A DNA stretch of 63,867 nucleotides, the filler included, from Collodictyon triciliatum (Eukaryota), in NCBI GenBank assembly GCA_043381765.1. It is 20 parts of 20 records of this genome, joined end to end, with 100 filler letters (N's around TTAATTAATTAA, not from the genome) between each part and the next. Parts side by side here need not be neighbours in the genome. Positions count along the whole stretch, not along the records: positions 1 to 3,103 come from JBHJMP010007790.1; positions 3,204 to 6,305 come from JBHJMP010007791.1; positions 6,406 to 9,507 come from JBHJMP010007792.1; positions 9,608 to 12,708 come from JBHJMP010007793.1; 16 more parts are not named here. One strand, given 5' to 3'. Below, piece by piece: positions 1-12,808 of the stretch. The notes beneath the pieces were generated by a model. That model made no database searches and had not been told where the DNA came from. It worked only from the letters and a program-made list of their open reading frames with translations. Each line of letters begins with the position of its first letter. The stretch's first letter is position 1. The translations under genes and the position numbers were made by a program.

Positions 1-34
<34 letters not shown>

Positions 35-147
35 CGTTTTTTGTGAGGCCTGCTTCTGTGAACTTTTCTCTATTACTCAATCGGTGCACAGGTTTTGGCA
101 TCGGCTCCACTCGCCCCACCCGAACCATGAAACAACCTCCAACATAG

Positions 148-1352
148 ATGCTTTCCGGTGCCAGTCGACGCAACCTCCACGTCTCGTTTCTCCTGTCGGT
201 TGTTGTGGTTGTCCTTTACATACTCTACGGCCCCCACGACGGTGTTGTTCCCAAGAACAATCAATGTGCGAAGCCTCAGAACAACCCCAACCTTTTCGTC
301 GTTTTTTTCTCTTTTTCTTTTTTATTCTTAAGAAAACTGAATGACATTATTATTATGCCATCAACGAACGTTTTCCTTTTGGTTCTGGTGTTTCTCTTTA
401 CTTGCGTTTGCTTTCTATGCATTGCTTTGCTTTCAAGAAGACGTAGGGATAGAGAACGGACGAAAGAAAAAAATAGCTGCAGTTTTGTTCGTGTAATTAA
501 AAAAAAAGTATATAAATGTCATAAGCAAATACACACGATGACCCTGAGGATTATGCAACCCCGCCTAATCAATGCGCGTCTCAAAAACGAAAGCAAAGCA
601 TATTGACCGACCGAACTGTCCTGATAGCTGCTGGACCCCGCAGAGCAGGTTAAGCCTCCTGAACCTGAATATTTTTTGCTATCGCTAAATGCGATGTACT
701 CACCTCTCAAACAGATTCAAAATGATTATCTGTTTTCTCGCCTCATATGAATGAGTATTGGTACATGTTAGAAGACTGCATTAATGTAGAAAAAGAGACA
801 TTCCGACTTTATAATATTTGTTATTGGAATAACACAACTTTTCATGATTTGTAAAATGTATTCTTCTACCCCTAAAAATCAGCCAGTACATGGGAATACT
901 CTGCCCTGATTAATATCGCTCGTGAATTCAATGTTACGTATCGTGCAATATGTTTATTTGACCTACCGCATAATCCACTGGGCAACTTTCCTGGTCGTGA
1001 ACTTATCCAAGGGAAGAAGAGTGTCATTCTCAAGAGTCATATTTATGATATCCGCTTGGATTTGATGGTATGATATTCATAGATACATTTTAAAAAATAC
1101 GTAGTCATAACAAAATGTTTCACCCATTCCTGATTATTTTTTTATTCTTTTTATTAGGCCACTCACATATTCTCTTCATATCGCGATATAAGAGATGAGT
1201 ATTACTCTATCATCAGAAAAAACATGTCAGGCTGTGCAAACTCAACAGATGGGTAAGTATACTTTTATATCTGCGTTCTCTCACCTGTTTTGTTTTGTTT
1301 TGTTTTGTTTTGTTTTGTTTTGTTTTGTTTTGTTTTGTTTTGTTTTGTTTTG

Positions 1353-1385
<33 letters not shown>

Positions 1386-2503
1386 CATGAAGAATATGAA
1401 TAAATAAATCCATTTTTTGTATCCCAAACAGCCTTTTTAAAAAAATTAAATAAATTATATGCCAGAGCAATTGAATCAAACAAAAATTCTTTTAACACAG
1501 GTATTACAGAAAATGTCGGGAAATTCTGCATGACTCATTTTTGAATCAGGTATTAAACCGACAATGTCCCAGTAATCCAACTTATTTTATCAAAAAAATT
1601 CAAGTGTACATGAAATATTCCACAGAATTATGAAACACAATTATTGTTTCTCTTTGGGGTTTAATAGCAACTTTGGAACGAGAAAGCTGATTTTCTGTTT
1701 CGCTACGAAACCTTTGTTCAAAACCCGAGGCAGGTTGTATGGGAGATGGGACAAACTCTTGGGCTCAATATAAACAATCGACAAGTTACAAAGATTTTGT
1801 CATCAATAGAATCGTAAGGAATACAGCCGTATTGAACCAGCTTGTTTAAGTGTGCTCTTGTCGAATGTTTTTTGTTTTGCTTGCTTGTTTGGTTTGTTTC
1901 CTTGTTTGTTTCCTTGTTTGTTTCCTTTCTTGTTTCCTTGCTTGTTTCCTTGCTTGTTTCCTTGCTTGTTTCCTTGCTTGTTTCCTTGCTTGTTTCCTTG
2001 TTTGTTTCCTTGTTTGTTTCCTTGTTTGTTTCCTTGTTTGTTTCCTTGTTTGTTTCCTTGTTTGTTTCCTTGTGTGTTTCCTTGTGTGTTTCCTTGTTTG
2101 TTTTGCTTGCTTGTTTGTTTCCTTGTTTGCTTGTTTGCTTGTTTGCTTACTCTCTCAGCCAATTATATAATTAAGTGTAAATTATTGCGATAAATTTTTA
2201 TGGAATGTCTTGTTCATGTATTTTATTTATTAAGTATTACAACGCAGAGATTTGAACGTCGATAGAACCGAAGTGTTGCGAAACCGCCTGGACCCATACT
2301 ACTTTGTAATCAATAACCACCGTTCTAAGGATGGTTATTCGACTAATTATCTCAGTCGTCTTACACCTGGACAGATTGATTGTTTGAATTACCATTATCA
2401 TTCATGGCTTACTGAACATGGATACAACATCGGCTCTGTCCCACAAAGGGAGCCTCCTGGGTGTGATTTGCCCAAAAATGCACTGCTGAAGTCTTTGCAA
2501 TGA
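148..2503 (+). CDS. Multi-exon type II membrane (Golgi-type) sulfotransferase
   Basis: N-terminal TM anchor (FLLSVVVVVLYILY). Spliced exons give a 5'PSB-like AGPRRA/STWEY (~620-900), VILKSH, a 3'PB-like IFSSYRDIRD (~1160-1200), LWNEKADFLFRYE (~1670-1710) and a C-terminal LTPGQIDC...WLTEHGY. GT-AG introns; exon boundaries approximate. Confidence 0.72.
1870..2148. repeat. Intronic 12-bp minisatellite (TTTCCTTGYTTG)n
   Basis: Directly visible tandem array; source of the spurious KQGN/LFPC ORFs. Confidence 0.9.
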
Positions 2504-3103
2504 AGTCTGTGTCAATATCACTCAAGTATACCTCGTTCGTGCGCTTCTAGTAGCATTTTGCCATTTTCCAAAATAAATTATTAAAACCGTGTGAAAGTGT
2601 GTATGTTTTTGTCCTTTTCTTTGATATTGCCAACAGAAAAAAGTTTTATCAACATTTACGGAGTGCCCTTGATTCTCTATGCCTACAATCCTGCATCGAT
2701 TATACCCACAGAAAGATGTGTTTTAGCACAGGAACATTCACAATCGAACAAACTTATATTCCACATAAGATATCAACTCCAATTTTAGGCTTTATTTGAT
2801 TTGCTAAATAAGGCAATCAATTTGATTGATCGAATCTGGAGAATATCTCTATGATTGAAGAAATATTCGCATGCAAAAATTAACGAGCGAAAAAACTTGA
2901 CTTGCATAACCATCACGAAGATGCCCAACGGCACATACTATTATTCCACCTTTCAACCCACGTTCTCTTCTGTCCTCCTTTCTTTTTCTCTCTTTTTTCT
3001 CTTTTATCTCTCTTTTATCTCTCTCTTTTATCTCTCTCTTTTATCTCTCTCTTTTATCTCTCTCTTTTATCTCTCTCTTTTATCTCTCTCTTTTATCTCT
3101 CTC

Positions 3104-3203
3104 NNNNNNNNNNNNNNNNNNNNNNNNNNNNNNNNNNNNNNNNNNNNTTAATTAATTAANNNNNNNNNNNNNNNNNNNNNNNNNNNNNNNNNNNNNNNNN
3201 NNN
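3104..3203. other. Artificial contig spacer (N-run + TTAATTAATTAA + N-run); first of 19 such spacers
   Basis: The same linker with stops in all six frames recurs every ~3.2 kb (e.g. 3148, 6350, 9552, 12753, 15964 ... 60721). Confidence 0.97.
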
Positions 3204-3246
<43 letters not shown>

Positions 3247-4574
3247 TTTTTTGTTTTTTGTTTTTTGTTTTTTGTTTTTTGTTTTTATTTCCACGACGGA
3301 AATAACCAGGCTGTACATCCCTGACGAAGATTCTGGCTGAAAGGATCAGACTCATTTCACCCTCTTAACTATTGTTGGAATTTATATATGATATTTTTAA
3401 TCAACAATTTTTGACAGTATAATGGTTTTACAAGATGAAAAATATATAATTTTTACATTATGCATTATACCCTTAAAAATTGATATTTAGTTGGGCTTTA
3501 TGACTCGAGAAAAGTTCCAATATAAGATTACCGTTAACCGTTGCTTGTGCTCTCTTTAGAATAGTAACGGATTCCCAGAAAATCCTTTCCGACCAAAGAA
3601 ACGGAAAGTGGAACTCAAGCTTCAGCACCTTATTAAGCGATTGCTTCCGATAATTTCCACAACAGGAATATACTAATTTGGCTCTGGAAAGTACGAATGA
3701 AGATGAATATCCTATTATGTCCATTAAGTAACGGAATTATTGACCAAAAAAAGCTCAACTCTATCAAAAAATATTTTCAATATTTCTTTAATCGGCACAA
3801 AGGACGGAAAAATCAATAGAAACCTAATTTAAAAAAATTCTGGAATATCAACAAGGCATAAACACTTTCGCAAACACAACAAAAATATCAAATGATTATC
3901 AAATAAATTTGCTTCAATCAAAAGCAACAAAAGCAAAAGCAAAAGCAAAAACACACGCGCGCTGCAAATTAATATGCAAGTCTTTTTATTCTTTGAGAAA
4001 CACAAAAAGCCATTCATTTATCGGCTCGTGCAATGGGATACGTGCGCGGTGTATATTAGGAAACATCTGACAGAGCAAGCGGCCAAGCATGAAAGCAAAG
4101 CCGAACCAAACAACTGGGCTCGTATAAATGGGCGCCGTGTCTGTGGACAGCCCAGCCGACTAGTCGCCGGTGGAGAAATATCCTTCACGCGGGTCTGCGA
4201 TCGCTTCGTGGCGCAACGCTGCACTCGTGCAGTCACGCGCAAGCGGCTATATTAGAGGAGCCCATAGCGACTAGTCGTCTTCAGCACAGAGACTTCTACC
4301 CTCCCTGCGCACCCTCAATGGACTCTCTCTCTCTCTCTCTCCCTGCAAGGACCAACCCCCATCGCTGCGTGGCTACATCAACCGTGCCTACAACTCACCC
4401 GGCGACTCTTCCCTCCGTCCCCACAGATAAAAGACTTGTCGCCAGCCGGGTCTCCAACGACTAATCGCTGCCCTTGCGTCTCGCCAGTCTTAGAAGCCCA
4501 CCGAGCACCGGTTTTCGCCTTTCGCCGAGAAGAAGCCGACCACGCCGAGGACTTTTCGCCAGCCGAGTCGAAGA

Positions 4575-4931
4575 ATGCAGGCGGCCAAGGACGGCACAAA
4601 GGCCGGAGCAAAAGGCCACGTTGCCATCACAGTCTCGTCGAAAGTCTCGCCAAGCCCGATGGACTTTGTGATCACGCCCGAAGAGATCCTGCAGGTCGTC
4701 AACTTTGATAAGCGGGACGACAAGGATCAGCTGCGGCTCTTGGAGGAGGCTGGCGGACTAGACGGAATGGCTGCTAAGCTGGCCACCAATCTCAAGACCG
4801 GCCTTTCGGCAGACGATGACCACACGAATCGGTCAAACAGGTTTGTTGCTTGCAGACCGAGTGCGGCCGACTTTAATGGGTCTTATTGTTTTTATGTTTT
4901 CTTGTTTCTTACAATATTCTACATTATTTTT

Positions 4932-4996
<65 letters not shown>

Positions 4997-6145
4997 TACG
5001 ACTTGCAGTATTTATTGCAAAATGTCTCTTTTTTTTCTCTTTTTTTTTTTAACCGTAACTACTACGCACTGGTTTGGGGTGTCTTGCTTGAAACCCAATA
5101 CGTGTGCATGTAGCAGAGACACTTTTATTTTGATTGCGAGATCTGCCTGTTTTCTTTGTTCGAAAAAACAACAACAGAAATATAATGAACAACCAGCTAG
5201 TGTAGAGGGGAAGCCAAACACTCTAGTTTTCTTTTGTTCTTTCATTTATCTTTATCATCTTTATAAGTGAAGGAATCCCATGAAACTCCTGCGCAAATAC
5301 ATCAATTCATTCTCTTCTTTCTTTTTCTCTCTTCCCTTGAGGCACCGATCTCAAGCTGATTTACTCAACACACTACCTTATTCCTTCCGCTCTCTGTTCG
5401 AGCTCTGACATGAATCTTAATCGGCCGAGTAGGTTCGGAGTGAATCTCGTACCGCCACCAGAGTCGAAGAGTATATTCGAACTTATCGTAGAGGCCTTCA
5501 AAGACCGCATCTTGCAGATCCTCGTCCTTGGTGCAGCAGTCACACTTGGAATCGGCATTGCACAGGGAACCGGGTGGATCGACGGGCTTGCCATTCTTGT
5601 TGCTGTATTGATTGTCGTGACAGTTGTCGCCGGAAATGACTACTCCAAGGAGCGGAAGTTCAAGGCTCTTTTGCTGCTACAGAGCGACAAGAAAGTCAAG
5701 GTCATTCGGGCCGGTGTGAAAGACCAGGTTCTTATCTTAAATGTCCAAGCCATTCCCTTTTTTTTTTTTTCCTTTCCACCTGTTCTGCCTACCTCAAACA
5801 TGGAACTGACCTGAGATCTATAATTTCTAACACCCGCGTTTGATAAACACTCAGAGATCAAGCTGGGACCTGCTTGCTGGAGATCTGATCGAGCTGCAAC
5901 AAGGAGATGAAGTTCCTGCTGATGGACTCTTTATTGAGGGAATTCGTAAGTCATTTAATTTATGAACTTTAGCATGTGGCATAATACACGAATATACATG
6001 TCTGTCAACACTTTTTTTTTATTACTCTGACTGAATCATTCTCATGCAAAACACAGACGTTACGATTGACGAGTCACCACTTACTGGAGAATCACTCCCC
6101 GTCAAAAAGTCTGCCGATTCGCCATTTATGTTCTCTGGTTGCCAG
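4575..6145 (+). CDS. P-type IIB Ca2+-transporting ATPase (PMCA/PAT1-like), 5' part, truncated by contig end
   Basis: Exons encode GGLDGMAAKLATNLKTGL, FGVNLVPPPESKSIFELIVEAFKD, GWIDGLAILVAVLIVVTVVAGNDYSKERKF, GDLIELQQGDEVPADG and the A-domain motif IDESPLTGES. Confidence 0.93.
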
Positions 6146-6405
6146 GTCCTTCCCTTTTATGTTTTTGTTTTGTTTTCATGTTTGTCCCAACGCAGATGAA
6201 ATCCAGGGAATCGAAAAGCAGACAGCATGAAATGCATAATTCCATCCACACAAACAATAAGTTAGATATCACCAAAAAAAAAAAAACAAAAAAAACAAAA
6301 AAAAANNNNNNNNNNNNNNNNNNNNNNNNNNNNNNNNNNNNNNNNNNNNTTAATTAATTAANNNNNNNNNNNNNNNNNNNNNNNNNNNNNNNNNNNNNNN
6401 NNNNN

Positions 6406-9369
6406 GGCCTTATCCTCATTAAAGCAATCGCTGGATATTTTCATGTCTGCCCTGGGTGAAAATCATCCGAATGTTGTGGCCTGCTATGAAATGATTGGAG
6501 ACATCAGCCATGATTTGAAGGAGTATCTCCATTTATTAATTATTACTACATATTTAATTGAAAAGAATAATTTATTTACTCATATTATCCTAGCTTTAAG
6601 GGTGCTCTGGAGGCGTATATAAAGACGCAGGATATTCGCGTGAGAACATTGGGCGAAAAGCATGCTGATTATGCAACTGCCCTGGAGAATGTTGGCAGAA
6701 CAAATTTTGAGCTTCAAAGGTTTTTTTTGTCTTTATATTAAAAGAAATTAAATATTTTATTAAAACCAATGAAAAAATACTTAAATAATAACTAATGCAA
6801 TACATCTAGTTCTGCTCAATGTGTTGATTGCTTCCAGAAGGCAGATGCTATCAGAAAGGAGACTAAGACAATGATGTTAATGAAAGACACCCATCAGATT
6901 GACAACATTATCCGCCTCATGAAGGATAAGAAAGAGCATGAAGCCGTCATTCATCTTTACAAAACGCTGATTCATCTATTCAGCAAGCTTTACTCCATGG
7001 ATTATCTTGGAATATGGAACAGTTGCCAAGAAATCGACAAGATTTACAAGGAACCGAAGCAGCACAAGGAAGCAATGGCATTCTGGACTGAGATGAGAGA
7101 CAAATTCGCAGACAAAGTCGGATGGATTCACCCCAGAACATTAAATTCATGCGAATACTTGTCCGTCCATTCAAAGGAGATTGGAATCAACAAAGAGCCT
7201 GTGGAGTTTACAAGAGTCAAGGAATTCATCAGTGAAACTCTTGATGATGCAAAACTGGATGAGGAATGGAATCGTGAGCAAATCATTGCATCGTTATTCA
7301 GAATTGTCTACATGTCAAAGATTGATGAGAGCAAATCAAAGGCTGCATCTGATGCAATCACACTTTTGAATTTCATGAACGTTTCGTTCTGCGGGATGGA
7401 TTTATCAAACATCAAAATTCCAAATGCAAATCTCAGTAACTCAATCGTTGAAGGTGCAAACTTCACTGGTGCCAACTTGGATGATGTTGACTTCACGAAT
7501 TTGATGCTTGGTGATTGTGTTTTTGATAATGCAAATATGAATAATGTGAAATTCGGATTTCTGAATGATAAATTGGAAGGTCATACAGGTGGTGTCAATA
7601 GTGTTTGCAGTATTCAAGGACCGAATGGTGAATGCTGGTTAGCTTCTGGAAGTGGTAATCCTTTTGGAGGTTGGGATAATACGATACGTGTTTGGGATGT
7701 AGCCACAGGAAACCAAATCAAAAAATTATATGGACATACAGATGCTGTCATGAGTGTTTGCAGTATTCAAGGACCGAATGGTGAAAAGTGGCTGGCTTCT
7801 GGAAGTACTGATAAAACAATACGTATTTGGGATGTAGCCACAGGAAATCAAATCAATACATTAAAAGGACATACAAATGATATCAACAGTGTTTGCAGTA
7901 TTCAAGGACCGAATGGTGAAAATTGGCTGGCTTCTGGAAGTCAAGATAGCGCAATACGTATTTGGGATGTAGCCACAGGAAACCAAATCAAAACATTAGA
8001 AGGTCATAAAAGCGATGTCAGGAGTGTTTGCAGTATTCAAGGACCGAATGGTGAAAATTGGTTGGCTTCTGGAAGTTATGACAAAACAATACGCATTTGG
8101 GATGTAGCCACAGGAAACCAAATCAAAACATTGGAAGGTCATACAAGTTGGGTCAGGAGTGTTTGCAGTATTAAAGGACCGAATGGTGAAAACTGGCTGG
8201 CTTCTGGAAGTCTTGATACTACAATACGTATTTGGGATATAGCCACAGGAAACCAAATCAAAACATTATATGGTCATACAAGCAATGTCAATTGTGTTTG
8301 CAGTATTCAAGGACTGAATGGTGAAAATTGGTTGGCTTCTGGAAGTGGTGATAGAACATTACGTATTTGGGATGTAGCCTCAGGAAACCAAATCAAAACA
8401 TTAGAAGGACATACAGAACCTGTCACTAGCGTTTGCAGTATTCAAGGACCGAATGGTGAAAATTGGTTGGCTTCTGCAAGTGGTAGTGACTATCAAAGTC
8501 AAGATAAGACAATACGTATTTGGGATGTAGCCACAGGAAACCAAACACACAGTCTGCAAAAACTAGAAGTGACCTACACCCAGGGAAAATACCTTGTCAA
8601 CAAAGAAAAGCCTGACGAAGTCATCGTAGTATTCAGCAGAACAAGCGATGCGATGAACATGATTGACACCAACAGAATCCAAGATGCAAGAACAGTCCAG
8701 ATTATCGGCCCAAGAAAGCTGCAAGGTGGAAACATCCAAATCAGAAATGTCGCAGGATTGAGTCGATTCAACAAATCCCTTCTACTTTCAATCGGTGCTG
8801 CTTCCTTCGATGCGGACTTTGCTGCCTATTCTGAGCGGGGTAAGTTGACCAACTTCCAGGCTCAAATGATGGCTGAGTGTTATGACAATGGATGGGGTGT
8901 TGAGAAAGATGCTGAAAAGGCTTATTTTTGGAGATTTGTCGCCCCTTTGAAGTCAGCTGAAAACTTTGGTGGATTGAAGCAACTCGCACAACAAGGCTCA
9001 AAGGATGCATTCAATGTTTTGAAAGAAATGGCTGAAATGAAGTATAAATATGGCGGATACATATATACACAGGCTGTTTCTATTGTTGCTGAATGCTATG
9101 AGAATGGATGGGGTGTTGAGAAAGACATCGAGAAAGCAGCTGAGTGGTTTGGAAAAGCTGAAAACTTTGAAAAACTGAAGCAACTAGCACAACAAGGCTC
9201 AAAGGATGCATTCAATGTTTTGAAAGAAATGGCTGAAATGAAGGATGGATATGGAAGATACAAATATCCACAAGCTGTTTCTATTGTTGCTGAGTGCTAT
9301 GAGAATGGATGGGGTGTTGAGAAAGACATCGAGAAAGCAGCTGGGTGGAGACAGAAAGCCACAGCTTAA
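6406..9369 (+). CDS. TPR + pentapeptide repeat + 7x WD40 + SEL1-like repeat protein (NLR-like C-terminal sensor architecture), 5' truncated
   Basis: Upstream exons (LGENHPNVVACY; LGEKHADYATAL) are kinesin-light-chain-type TPRs spliced into the 6871-9369 ORF. The ORF has AITLL..F.GMDLSNIKIPNANLS pentapeptide repeats, seven GH...LASGS.D.TIRIWD repeats and three AECY.NGWGVEKD SEL1 motifs. Confidence 0.88.
7570..8550 (+). repeat. Seven highly similar WD40 coding repeats (135-nt core unit)
   Basis: GH codons at 7579, 7732, 7867, 8002, 8137, 8272 and 8407; units are near-identical at DNA level. Confidence 0.95.
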
Positions 9370-9776
9370 CAAGGTAAGTAGTGTAATAAATGCATGTTAA
9401 TATATGTTCGTTAACTATATTCATTTTAGATGGAGAGATTCTCTGGGTTTTTTTCAAGCAGACCTCCGCTTTTTTCCCACAAGGACGCTCCATGAAAACA
9501 GAATAAANNNNNNNNNNNNNNNNNNNNNNNNNNNNNNNNNNNNNNNNNNNNTTAATTAATTAANNNNNNNNNNNNNNNNNNNNNNNNNNNNNNNNNNNNN
9601 NNNNNNNTTTATGTTTTATGTTTTATGTTTTATGTTTTATGTTTTATGTTTTATGTTTTATGTTTTATGTTTTATGTTTTATGTTTTATGTTTTATGTTT
9701 TTGTTTTTGTTTTTGTTTTTGTTTTTGTTTTTGTTTTTGTTTTTTTCATTAATCATAATTTACTGTAATTCACCAG

Positions 9777-11863
9777 TGAGCCCCTCCGATGGGAGACCAG
9801 ACGCACAAAGATTATTCAAGAAATAGCTCACTACCTACCAGATATTCTTTGCATGCAGGTTATCATTTTTCATATTAATTTACACAAAGTATTCTTATCA
9901 GCATCACATTATCACGCATCATGAGGTGCTGTTAAATATTCTAATTCGGATATTCTGGTCTATTGATGTGTGGCAGGAATGTGACGAGTATGATTCATGG
10001 TGGGCTCCAAGTTTAAAAGCTCTAGGATATGAGTCTGTCTTTGCCCAACGCGGTGGTCCAAAAGCAGATGGAAGTGCAATTTTTTACCAAGCAGATAAGT
10101 ATGTTGATATTTGTCAGCCACATCAACAATCAATATCTGACAAATTTTTCTTGAAATTTTGAATCAAAACATGTATAAAATCCCCGCCTGGAGATAGCTA
10201 GTGGCTGTAAAAATAACAACAATATATTTTCTATAGATTCCGGTTGGAATCTCATGTCAAGATAGACTTTGATTCCATAGCGCAAGGTTTTCGTCTTAAA
10301 AAAAATGTGTTCTATCGAAAATATGAATTATGAGAAGGTATTTTATATTTGTATTCTTAACTATGTGTTGCAGAACATCCTCTGGAGATGAGAAATGATT
10401 TTATTCGTCATAATGCTGCGGTTGTCGGGAAGTTCGCCCGAATTATAGACTCTAAAACATTTCTAGTTGCCAGCGCTCATATTTATTGGGGTGAGTGAAA
10501 CAGTGAACTTGCACAAATCTTCAACATTTGCGATTTACCTGTAAAATTCTGCAGATCCAAAAATGAAGCATGTCAAAGTTGGGCAAGCCAAGCTTTTAAA
10601 GTCTACTGTCCGATCTTTGATGTCTGTATGTTGTTTTATGTACTTTTGTTATTGTTATTGTTATTGTTATTGTTATTGTTATTGTTATTGTTATTGTTAT
10701 TGTTATTGTTATTGTTATTGTTATTGTTATTGTTATTGTTATTGTTATTGTTATTGTTNNNNNNNNNNNNNNNNNNNNNNNNNNNNNNNNNNNNNNNNNN
10801 NNNNNNNNNNNNNNNNNNNNNNNNNNNNNNNNNNNNNNNNNNNNNNNNNNNNNNNNNNNNNNNNNNNNNNNNNNNNNNNNNNNNNNNNNNNNNNNNNNNN
10901 NNNNNNNNNNNNNNNNNNNNNNNNNNNNNNNNNNNNNNNNNNNNNNNNNNNNNNNNNNNNNNNNNNNNNNNNNNNNNNNNNNNNNNNNNNNNNNNNNNNN
11001 NNNNNNNNNNNNNNNNNGTTATTGTTTTTGTTATTGTTTTTGTTATTGTTTTTGTTATTGTTTTTGTTATTGTTTTTGTTATTGTTTTTGTTATTGTTTT
11101 TGTTATTGTTTTTGTTCTGTTATTGTTATTGTTATTGTTATTGTTATTGTTATTGTTATTGTTATGTTATGTTATGTTATGTTATGTTCTATTTTCTTAA
11201 GTTTTTATCGCATGTGAAGCATATCACGTAATACCTCTGTACAATATATAGTATTTTGCACTTTGTGAAATCTATCATATAAGATGAAACGCGATGCATT
11301 AATTGGTAACTTTTGTATGACTACTCTTACGAAGCCCTCAGACAGCGGTGTGATTGTGTGCGGAGATTTTAATTCAACTCCCGACAGTGATGTTGTGAGA
11401 ACGATGCGAGCAAAAGCACATGAAGGCGATTTCGAAACCCTCAGCGCATATTCTCTTTACAGAGATGAGGGAGAGCCAGAATTTACTTGTTGCGACAGTG
11501 CGTCACCATGGAAAGGTACTTGATGCATGTGTTGTCATTCCTTCTTTGCTTGAAATTCATCGCGTCAAATCTTTTATGTTATGATCATGTAATGTGATAC
11601 ATCGCGGTACATATTATTTTATTATTTATTTTTGTGGAAACGTGCTTCAGTGCTCGCAAACTTTTCGGGATGTGTATCACTCTCCATCTAACACAGATTG
11701 TCAATCAGGCACCATCGATTTTCTCTTCCACACAAACCAACTGCAGCCAGTGAGTGTTCTGGAAGTTCCAACTGCGGAGGACGTGCAGCAACTGGGGGAA
11801 TACCCAAACTCTGTTTTCCCCTCCGACCACGTCATTTTAATGTGTGAGTTCCGTGTACTGTGA
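9777..11863 (+). CDS. CCR4/nocturnin/Angel-family EEP (exonuclease-endonuclease-phosphatase) protein, 5' truncated
   Basis: Spliced exons give LRWETRR..IIQEI...PDILCMQEC, DGSAIFY, HIYWGDP, IVCGDFNSTPDS, GTIDFLF and FPSDH; internal N gap. Confidence 0.9.
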
Positions 11864-12808
11864 CCAGTCCGGACCGGGGGCCGCTTGGGCTGCTCAAAAT
11901 AAACCACTGCAGGGATTCTATTCCATGCTATACACCTAGTTTTCTTCTTTCTTTTACTCTTTTTTTCTTTCTGTTATCTGAATTGCGATTTCTATACAAG
12001 TAGAAGAAAAAAGGATTTTGTAGAATCACCACTCTGGGGAAAAAAAAAAAGGCAGATTGCACGTATCGTAAAAACCATATACTGACACGAGTGGGCTATT
12101 TGACTTGTTTCTTGATTATTTCTTTGATGCATTTACTAACTGTACATATCGTGAATAAAAGCATCATTCTTCTCTGTTCCTTTGATGTTTATTAGGTATT
12201 CTTTTCTTTGTGTTGACTCTGCCCTCATGCCGTGAAGATGTCGAAGAAGCTCCAAATGGAAGAGAAAAACGCATACATGGGTGGAGGTGTGTGGTTTAAT
12301 TAGCGTTGGTTGCGGTAGTTAGAGATATATGAGTGTGGGCATTCATTTGGTGCATCTCTGCAATGCAATTCATTGGCAATGCTTTTTTTTTTCTTTTTGG
12401 ATGAGTGGTATTTTGGATGAAGATTTGTGGGTTTAGTTGGGCGATTGAATTTCGAAAGCTGACTTGAGAGAATTCGTTTCATGTGAGGTGATGGTGTTTT
12501 CCCTACAAATATATATATATATAAGATTTCATTATTGTCTACCGAAGCACAAAGCCAAATAATATACAAAGTTTTAGAGTCATACAACGGCACAGAGTAT
12601 TTGCCAGCCAGAGGGATATTGACGACTTACAGTGAAAAGATGAAAGTTTTGATGAAACGTGGTTTAAGCTTCGGTAGCCATCGAGCCTTAGATTTGCTGG
12701 GCAAAAATNNNNNNNNNNNNNNNNNNNNNNNNNNNNNNNNNNNNNNNNNNNNTTAATTAATTAANNNNNNNNNNNNNNNNNNNNNNNNNNNNNNNNNNNN
12801 NNNNNNNN

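Noticed and set aside
1803-2193. KQGN/LFPC/VSLL repeat ORFs and similar poly-K/poly-F ORFs elsewhere
   Set aside because: These are translations of intronic mini- and microsatellites or homopolymer contig ends.
7570-8550. CRISPR array
   Set aside because: The repeats are in-frame 135-nt WD40 coding units with no unique spacers and no cas genes.
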